In this document: one piece after another, positions 53,901-64,000 of the stretch
Position numbering within the stretch: position 1 is the first letter of the stretch
Layout: every line of letters begins with the position of its first letter
Assembly: GCA_002269645.1 (NCBI GenBank)
Contig: NIVC01002521.1
Location: 101,160-165,159 of the forward strand
Direction: 5' to 3'
Source: Macrostomum lignano
Lineage: Eukaryota
Length of the DNA: 64,000 bases
Made by a program: the position numbers and the translations under genes
Notes under the pieces: model-generated
What the model was told of the DNA's origin: nothing
Seen by the model: only the letters and a program-made list of their open reading frames with translations
Database searches by the model: none

Positions 53901-56900
53901 GCCCATCAACACACCAAAAGACAGAGGTGCCCACCAACACACCAAAAGACAGAGGTGCCCACCAACACACCAAAAGACAGAGGTGCCCACCAACACACCA
54001 AAAGACAGAGGTGCCCACCAACACACCAAAAGACAGAGGTGCCCACCAACACACCAAAAGACAGAGGTGCCCACCAACACACCAAAAGACAGAGGTGCCC
54101 ACCAACACACCAAAAGACAGAGGTGCCCACAACACACCAAAAGACAGAGGTGCCCACAACACACCAAAAGACAGAGGTGCCCACCAACACACCAAAAGAC
54201 AGAGGTGCCCACCAACACACCAAAAGACAGAGGTGCCCACCAACACACCAAAAGACAGAGGTGCCCATCAACACACCAAAAGACAGAGGTGCCCATCAAC
54301 ACACCAAAAGACAGAGGTGCCCATCCAACACACCAAAAGACAGAGGTGCCCACCAACACACCAAAAGACAGAGGTGCCCACCAACACACCAAAAGACAGA
54401 GGTGCCCACAACACACCAAAAGACAGAGGTGCCCACCAACACACCAAAAGACAGAGGTGCCCACCAACACACCAAAAGACAGAGGTGCCCACCAACACAC
54501 CAAAAGACAGAGGTGCCCACCAACACACCAAAAGACAGAGGTGCCCACCAACACACCAAAAGACAGAGGTGCCCATCAACACACCAAAAGACAGAGGTGC
54601 CCACCAACACACCAAAAGACAGAGGTGCCCACCAACACACCAAAAGACAGAGGTGCCCACCAACACACCAAAAGACAGAGGTGCCCACCAACACACCAAA
54701 AGACAGAGGTGCCCACCAACACACCAAAAGACAGAGGTGCCCACAACACACCAAAAGACAGAGGTGCCCACCAACACACCAAAAGACAGAGGTGCCCACC
54801 AACACACCAAAAGACAGAGGTGCCCACCAACACACCAAAAGACAGAGGTGCCCACCAACACACCAAAAGACAGAGGTGCCCACAACACACCAAAAGACAG
54901 AGGTGCCCACCAACACACCAAAAGACAGAGGTGCCCACCAACACACCAAAAGACAGAGGTGCCCACAACACACCAAAAGACAGAGGTGCCCACCAACACA
55001 CCAAAAGACAGAGGTGCCCACCAACACACCAAAAGACAGAGGTGCCCACAACACACCAAAAGACAGAGGTGCCCACCAACACACCAAAAGACAGAGGTGC
55101 CCACCAACACACCAAAAGACAGAGGTGCCCACCAACACACCAAAAGACAGAGGTGCCCACCAACACACCAAAAGACAGAGGTGCCCACCAACACACCAAA
55201 AGACAGAGGTGCCCACCAACACACCAAAAGACAGAGGTGCCCACCAACACACCAAAAGACAGAGGTGCCCACCAACACACCAAAAGACAGAGGTGCCCAT
55301 CAACACACCAAAAGACAGAGGTGCCCACCAACACACCAAAAGACAGAGGTGCCCACCAACACACCAAAAGACAGAGGTGCCCACCAACACACCAAAAGAC
55401 AGAGGTGCCCACCAACACACCAAAAGACAGAGGTGCCCACAACACACCAAAAGACAGAGGTGCCCATCAACACACCAAAAGACAGAGGTGCCCACCAACA
55501 CACCAAAAGACAGAGGTGCCCACCAACACACCAAAAGACAGAGGTGCCCACAACACACCAAAAGACAGAGGTGCCCACCAACACACCAAAAGACAGAGGT
55601 GCCCACCAACACACCAAAAGACAGAGGTGCCCACCAACACACCAAAAGACAGAGGTGCCCACCAACACACCAAAAGACAGAGGTGCCCACAACACACCAA
55701 AAGACAGAGGTGCCCACCAACACACCAAAAGACAGAGGTGCCCACCAACACACCAAAAGACAGAGGTGCCCACCAACACACCAAAAGACAGAGGTGCCCA
55801 CCAACACACCAAAAGACAGAGGTGCCCACCAACACACCAAAAGACAGAGGTGCCCACCAACACACCAAAAGACAGAGGTGCCCACAACACACCAAAAGAC
55901 AGAGGTGCCCACCAACACACCAAAAGACAGAGGTGCCCACCAACACACCAAAAGACAGAGGTGCCCACCAACACACCAAAAGACAGAGGTGCCCACCAAC
56001 ACACCAAAAGACAGAGGTGCCCACCAACACACCAAAAGACAGAGGTGCCCACCAACACACCAAAAGACAGAGGTGCCCACCAACACACCAAAAGACAGAG
56101 GTGCCCACCAACACACCAAAAGACAGAGGTGCCCACCAACACACCAAAAGACAGAGGTGCCCACCAACACACCAAAAGACAGAGGTGCCCACCAACACAC
56201 CAAAAGACAGAGGTGCCCACAACACACCAAAAGACAGAGGTGCCCACCAACACACCAAAAGACAGAGGTGCCCACCAACACACCAAAAGACAGAGGTGCC
56301 CACAACACACCAAAAGACAGAGGTGCCCACCAACACACCAAAAGACAGAGGTGCCCACCAACACACCAAAAGACAGAGGTGCCCACCAACACACCAAAAG
56401 ACAGAGGTGCCCACCAACACACCAAAAGACAGAGGTGCCCATCAACACACCAAAAGACAGAGGTGCCCACCAACACACCACCAAAAGACAGAGGTGCCCA
56501 CCAACACACCAAAAGACAGAGGTGCCCATCAACACACCAAAAGACAGAGGTGCCCACCAACACACCAAAAGACAGAGGTGCCCACCAACACACCAAAAGA
56601 CAGAGGTGCCCACCAACACACCAAAAGACAGAGGTGCCCACCAACACACCAAAAGACAGAGGTGCCCACCAACACACCAAAAGACAGAGGTGCCCACCAA
56701 CACACCAAAAGACAGAGGTGCCCACCAACACACCAAAAGACAGAGGTGCCCACCAACACACCAAAAGACAGAGGTGCCCACCAACACACCAAAAGACAGA
56801 GGTGCCCACCAACACACCAAAAGACAGAGGTGCCCACCAACACACCAAAAGACAGAGGTGCCCACAACACACCAAAAGACAGAGGTGCCCACCAACACAC

Positions 56901-59900
56901 CAAAAGACAGAGGTGCCCATCAACACACCAAAAGACAGAGGTGCCCACCAACACACCAAAAGACAGAGGTGCCCACCAACACACCAAAAGACAGAGGTGC
57001 CCACCAACACACCAAAAGACAGAGGTGCCCACAACACACCAAAAGACAGAGGTGCCCACCAACACACCAAAAGACAGAGGTGCCCACCAACACACCAAAA
57101 GACAGAGGTGCCCACCAACACACCAAAAGACAGAGGTGCCCACAACACACCAAAAGACAGAGGTGCCCACCAACACACCAAAAGACAGAGGTGCCCACCA
57201 ACACACCAAAAGACAGAGGTGCCCACCAACACACCAAAAGACAGAGGTGCCCACCAACACACCAAAAGACAGAGGTGCCCACCAAGACACACCAAAAGAC
57301 AGAGGTGCCCACCAACACACCAAAAGACAGAGGTGCCCATCAACACACCAAAAGACAGAGGTGCCCACCAACACACCAAAAGACAGAGGTGCCCACCAAC
57401 ACACCAAAAGACAGAGGTGCCCACCAACAGACACCACCAAAAGACAGAGGTGCCCACCAACACACCAAAAGACAGAGGTGCCCATCAACACACCAAAAGA
57501 CAGAGGTGCCCACCAACACACCAAAAGACAGAGGTGCCCACCAACACACCAAAAGACAGAGGTGCCCACCAACACACCAAAAGACAGAGGTGCCCACAAC
57601 ACACCAAAAGACAGAGGTGCCCACCAACACACCAAAAGACAGAGGTGCCCATCAACACACCAAAAGACAGAGGTGCCCACAACACACCAAAAGACAGAGG
57701 TGCCCACCAACACACCAAAAGACAGAGGTGCCCACCAACACACCAAAAGACAGAGGTGCCCACCAACACACCAAAAGACAGAGGTGCCCACCAACACACC
57801 AAAAGACAGAGGTGCCCACCAACACACCAAAAGACAGAGGTGCCCACAACACACCAAAAGACAGAGGTGCCCACCAACACACCAAAAGACAGAGGTGCCC
57901 ATCAACACACCAAAAGACAGAGGTGCCCACAACACACCAAAAGACAGAGGTGCCCACCAACACACCAAAAGACAGAGGTGCCCACCAACACACCAAAAGA
58001 CAGAGGTGCCCACCAACACACCAAAAGACAGAGGTGCCCACAACACACCAAAAGACAGAGGTGCCCATCAACACACCAAAAGACAGAGGTGCCCACCAAC
58101 ACACCAAAAGACAGAGGTGCCCACCAACACACCAAAAGACAGAGGTGCCCACCAACACACCAAAAGACAGAGGTGCCCACAACACACCAAAAGACAGAGG
58201 TGCCCACCAACACACCAAAAGACAGAGGTGCCCACCAACACACCAAAAGACAGAGGTGCCCACCAACACACCAAAAGACAGAGGTGCCCACCAACACACC
58301 AAAAGACAGAGGTGCCCACCAACACACCAAAAGACAGAGGTGCCCACCAACACACCAAAAGACAGAGGTGCCCACCAACACACCAAAAGACAGAGGTGCC
58401 CACCAACACACCAAAAGACAGAGGTGCCCACCAACACACCAAAAAGACAGAGGTGCCCACCAACACACCAAAAGACAGAGGTGCCCATCAACACACCAAA
58501 AGACAGAGGTGCCCACCAACACACCAAAAGACAGAGGTGCCCACCAACACACCAAAAGACAGAGGTGCCCACCAACACACCAAAAGACAGAGGTGCCCAC
58601 CAACACACCAAAAGACAGAGGTGCCCATCAACACACCAAAAGACAGAGGTGCCCACCAACACACCAAAAGACAGAGGTGCCCACCAACACACCAAAAGAC
58701 AGAGGTGCCCACAACACACCAAAAGACAGAGGTGCCCACCAACACACCAAAAGACAGAGGTGCCCACCAACACACCAAAAGACAGAGGTGCCCACCAACA
58801 CACCAAAAGACAGAGGTGCCCACCAACACACCAAAAGACAGAGGTGCCCACCAACACACCAAAAGACAGAGGTGCCCACAACACACCAAAAGACAGAGGT
58901 GCCCACCAACACACCAAAAGACAGAGGTGCCCACCAACACACCAAAAGACAGAGGTGCCCACCAACACACCAAAAGACAGAGGTGCCCACCAACACACCA
59001 AAAGACAGAGGTGCCCACCAACACACCAAAAGACAGAGGTGCCCATCAACACACCAAAAGACAGAGGTGCCCACAACACACCAAAAGACAGAGGTGCCCA
59101 CCAACACACCAAAAGACAGAGGTGCCCACCAACACACCAAAAGACAGAGGTGCCCACCAACACACCAAAAGACAGAGGTGCCCACCAACACACCAAAAGA
59201 CAGAGGTGCCCACCAACACACCAAAAGACAGAGGTGCCCACCAACACACCAAAAGACAGAGGTGCCCACCAACACACCAAAAGACAGAGGTGCCCACCAA
59301 CACACCAAAAGACAGAGGTGCCCATCAACACACCAAAAGACAGAGGTGCCCACCAACACACCAAAAGACAGAGGTGCCCACCAACACACCAAAAGACAGA
59401 GGTGCCCACCAACACACCAAAAGACAGAGGTGCCCACAACACACCAAAAGACAGAGGTGCCCACCAACACACCAAAAGACAGAGGTGCCCATCAACACAC
59501 CAAAAGACAGAGGTGCCCACCAACACACCAAAAGACAGAGGTGCCCACCAACACACCAAAAGACAGAGGTGCCCACCAACACACCAAAAGACAGAGGTGC
59601 CCACCAACACACCAAAAGACAGAGGTGCCCACCAACACACCAAAAGACAGAGGTGCCCACCAACACACCAAAAGACAGAGGTGCCCACCAACACACCAAA
59701 AGACAGAGGTGCCCACCAACACACCAAAAGACAGAGGTGCCCACCAACACACCAAAAGACAGAGGTGCCCACCAACACACCAAAAGACAGAGGTGCCCAC
59801 CAACACACCAAAAGACAGAGGTGCCCACCAACACACCAAAAGACAGAGGTGCCCACAACACACCAAAAGACAGAGGTGCCCACCAACACACCAAAAGACA

Positions 59901-62900
59901 GAGGTGCCCACCAACACACCAAAAGACAGAGGTGCCCACCAACACACCAAAAGACAGAGGTGCCCACCAACACACCAAAAGACAGAGGTGCCCACCAACA
60001 CACCAAAAGACAGAGGTGCCCACCAACACACCAAAAGACAGAGGTGCCCACCAACACACCAAAAGACAGAGGTGCCCACCAACACACCAAAAGACAGAGG
60101 TGCCCACCAACACACCAAAAGACAGAGGTGCCCACCAACACACCAAAAGACAGAGGTGCCCACAACAACACACCAAAAGACAGAGGTGCCCACCAACACA
60201 CCAAAAGACAGAGGTGCCCACCAACACACCAAAAGACAGAGGTGCCCACCAACACACCAAAAGACAGAGGTGCCCACCAACACACCAAAAGACAGAGGTG
60301 CCCATCAACACACCAAAAGACAGAGGTGCCCACCAACACACCAAAAGACAGAGGTGCCCACCAACACACCAAAAGACAGAGGTGCCCACCAACACACCAA
60401 AAGACAGAGGTGCCCACCAACACACCAAAAGACAGAGGTGCCCACCAACACACCAAAAGACAGGTGCCCACCAACACACCAAAAGACAGAGGTGCCCACC
60501 AACACACCAAAAGACAGAGGTGCCCACCAACACACCAAAAGACAGAGGTGCCCACCAACACACCAAAAGACAGAGGTGCCCACCAACACACCAAAAGACA
60601 GAGGTCGCCCACCAACACACCAAAAGACAGGGTGCCCACCAACACACCAAAAGACAGAGGTGCCCACCAACACACCAAAAGACAGAGGTGCCCACCAACA
60701 CACCAAAAGACAGAGGTGCCCACCAACACACCAAAAGACAGGGTGCCCACAACACACCAAAAGACAGAGGTGCCCACCAACACACCAAAAGACAGAGGTG
60801 CCCACCAACACACCAAAAGACAGAGGTGCCCACCAACACACCAAAAGACAGAGGTGCCCACCAACACACCAAAAGACAGAGGTGCCCACCAACACACCAA
60901 AAGACAGAGGTGCCCACCAACACACCAAAAGACAGAGGTGCCCACCAACACACCAAAAGACAGAGGTGCCCACCAACACACCAAAAGACAGAGGTGCCCA
61001 CCAACACACCAAAAGACAGAGGTGCCCATCAACACACCAAAAGACAGAGGTGCCCACCAACACACCAAAAGACAGAGGTGCCCACCAACACACCAAAAGA
61101 CAGAGGTGCCCACCAACACACCAAAAGACAGAGGTGCCACCAACACACCAAAAGACAGAGGTGCCCACAACACACCAAAAGACAGAGGTGCCCACCAACA
61201 CACCAAAAGACAGAGGTGCCCACCAACACACCAAAAGACAGAGGTGCCCACCAACACACCAAAAGACAGAGGTGCCCACCAACACACCAAAAGACAGAGG
61301 TGCCCACCAACACACCAAAAGACAGAGGTGCCCACCAACACACCAAAAGACAGAGGTGCCCACCAACACACCAAAAGACAGAGGTGCCCATCAAACACAC
61401 CAAAAGACAGAGGTGCCACACAACACACCAAAAGACAGAGGTGCCCACCAACACACCAAAAGACAGAGGTGCCCACCAACACACCAAAAACAGAGGTGCC
61501 CACCAACACACCAAAAGACAGAGGTGCCCATCAACACACCAAAAGACAGAGTGCCCACCAACACACCAAAAGACAGAGGTGCCCATCAACACACCAAAAG
61601 ACAGAGGTGCCACACCAACACACCAAAAGACAGAGGTGCCCAACCACACACCAAAAGACAGAGGTGCCCACCAACACACCAAAACAGAGGTGCCCACCAA
61701 CACACCAAAGACAGAGGTGCCCACCAACACACCAAAGACAGAGGTGCCCACCAAACACACCAAAAGACAGAGGTGCCCATCAACACACAAAAGACAGAGG
61801 TGCCCACCAACAACACCAAAAGACAGAGGTGCCCACCAACACACCAAAAGACAGAGGTGCCCACAACAGACGGGACACCAAAAGACAGAGTGCCCACCAA
61901 CACACCAAAAGACAGAGGTGCCATCAACACACAAAAGACAGAGGTGCCCACCAACAACGGGGCACCACCAAAAGACAGAGGTGCCACACCAACACACCAA
62001 AAGACAGAGGTGCCCATCAACACACCAAAAGACAGAGGTGCCCACCAACACACCAAAAGACAGAGTGCCCACCAACACACCAAAAGACAGAGGTGCCCAC
62101 CAACACACCAAAAGACAGAGGTGCCCACCAACACACCAAAGACAGAGGTGCCCATCAACACACCAAAACAGGGACGCCCACCAACACACCAAAAGACAGG
62201 ACGCCCACCAACACACCAAAAGACAGGACGCCCACCAACACACCAAAATACAGAGTGCCCACCAACACACCAAAAGACAGAGGTGCCCACCAACACACCA
62301 AAAGACAGGACGCGCCCACCAACACACCAAAACAGGGACGCCCCAACACACCAAAACACAGGACCCCACCAACCACACCAAAAGACAGAGGTGCCCACCA
62401 ACACACCAAAAGACAGAGTGCCCACCAACCACAACCAAAGACAGGGACCCCACCAACACCCAAAAGACAGGGCCCACCAACACACCAAAAGACAGAGTGC
62501 CCACCAACACACCAAAAGACAGAGGTGCCCACCAACACACCAAAAGACAGAGGTGCCCACCAACACACCAAAAGACAGAGGTGCCCAACCAATGAACACC
62601 ACCAACACACCAGAAAGACAGAGGTGCCCATCAACACCCAAAAAGACAGAGGTCCACCAACACACCAAAAGACAGAGGTGCCCACCAACACACCAAAAAC
62701 AGAGGTGCCACCAACACACCCAAAAGACAGAGGTGCCCACCAACACACCAAAAACAGAGGTGCCCATCAACACACCAAAAGACAGAGGTGCCCACCAAAC
62801 ACACCAAAAGACAGAGGTGCCCACCAACAACCAAAAGACAGAGGTGCCACCAACACACCAAAAGACAGAGGTGCCCACAACACACCAAAAAACAGAGGTG

Positions 62901-64000
62901 CCCATCAACACACCAAAAAGACAGGGACGCCCACCAACACACCAAAAGACAGGACGCCCACCAACACACCAAAAACAGAGGTGCCACCAACACACCAAAA
63001 GACAGAGTGCCCACCAACACACCAAAAGACAGAGGTGCCCACCAACACACCAAAAGACAGGGACGCCCACCAACACACCAAAAGACAGACGCCCACAACA
63101 CACCAAAAGACAGGGACGCCCAACCAACACACCAAAAGACAGAGGTGCCCACCAACACACCAAAAGACAGAGTGCCCACCAACACACCAAAAAGACAGGG
63201 ACCCCACCAACACACCAAAAGACAGGGACGCCCACCAACACACCAAAAGACAGAGGTGCCCACCAACACACCAAAAGACAGAGGTGCCCACCAACACACC
63301 AAAAGACAGAGGTGCCCACCAACAGACGGGGCGACCACCAAAAGACAGAGGCTGCCCACCAACACACCAAAAGACAGAGGTGGCCATCAACACAAACCAA
63401 ACAGACAAGGTGCCACCAACACACCAAAAGCAGGACGCCCACCAACACACCAAAAGACGAGGTGCCCACCAACACAGGCCCAAAAGACAGAGTGCCCACC
63501 AACACACCAAAAGACAGAGGTGCCACACAACAACCAAAAGACAGAGGTCCCACCAACACACCAAAAGACAGAGGTGCCCACCAACACACCAAAAAGACAG
63601 AGGTGCCCACCAACCACCCAAAAGACCAGAGTGCCCACCAACACACCAAAAGACAGAGGTGCCCACCAACACACCAAAAGACAGAGGTGCCCACCAACAC
63701 ACCAAAAGACAGGGACGCCCACAACACACAAAAAGACAGAGGTGCCCACCAACCACCCAAAAGACAGAGTGCCCACCAACACACCAAAAGACAGAGGTGC
63801 CCACCAACACACCAAAAGACAGAGGTGCCCACCAACACACCAAAAGACAGGGACGCCCACAACACACAAAACAGAGTGCCCACCAAACCCAAAGACAGAG
63901 TGCCACCAACACACCAAAAGACAGAGGTGCCCCAACAACACCAAAAGACAGAGGTGCCCACCACAACCAAAAGACAGAGGTGCCCACCAACACACCAAAA
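47901..64000 (+). repeat. 28-bp satellite array (AAAGACAGAGGTGCCCACCAACACACCA)n, more than 16 kb, running off the window end
   Basis: Roughly 570 units by length. Variants are CATC for CACC, 27-, 32-, 33- and 39-bp units, and GGGACGCC. Divergence rises after ~61400. Confidence 0.99.

Noticed and set aside
47467-62595. 5042-aa ORF as a giant repetitive (adhesive-like) protein
   Set aside because: The unit is 28 bp (not a multiple of 3), lacks stops in every plus frame by composition, and tolerates frame-shifting indel variants freely. The ORF starts at TTG, and a consensus donor GTGAGT (47717) lies before the array.
47658-63998. Dozens of minus-strand hydrophobic 'VCWW' ORFs
   Set aside because: These are translations of the satellite's reverse complement, not membrane proteins.

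Overview
This is eukaryotic, invertebrate-like animal genomic DNA, not prokaryotic. It has GT-AG introns, GC-rich exons in AT-rich flanks and many transposons; the species cannot be determined from sequence. Two host genes can be rebuilt exon by exon on the minus strand. One is a 6-exon synaptobrevin/VAMP R-SNARE (41165->30354, 171 aa) with a Gly-rich luminal tail. The other is a 2-exon C9orf78/TLS1 splicing-factor homolog (27639->24944, 310 aa). Mobile elements are: an intact Chapaev-type DNA transposon (7429-10799; 218-bp TIRs, 4-bp AATA TSD, transposase with RAG1-like motifs, termini resembling a V(D)J 23-RSS); a full-length LOA/Lian-like LINE with a 14-bp TSD in VAMP intron 4 (32743-38129); a decayed Jockey-like LINE (~3600-7065); a decayed Crypton-type tyrosine recombinase in the C9orf78 intron; two or three LTR+PBS modules followed by orphan ORFs rather than gag-pol; and tRNA-derived SINE relics. 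The last ~16 kb is a 28-bp satellite whose origin from a 20-bp repeat can be read at its left edge. The 5042-aa ORF across it is most likely an artefact of a stop-free repeat unit. All calls were made by eye; no database search was run.
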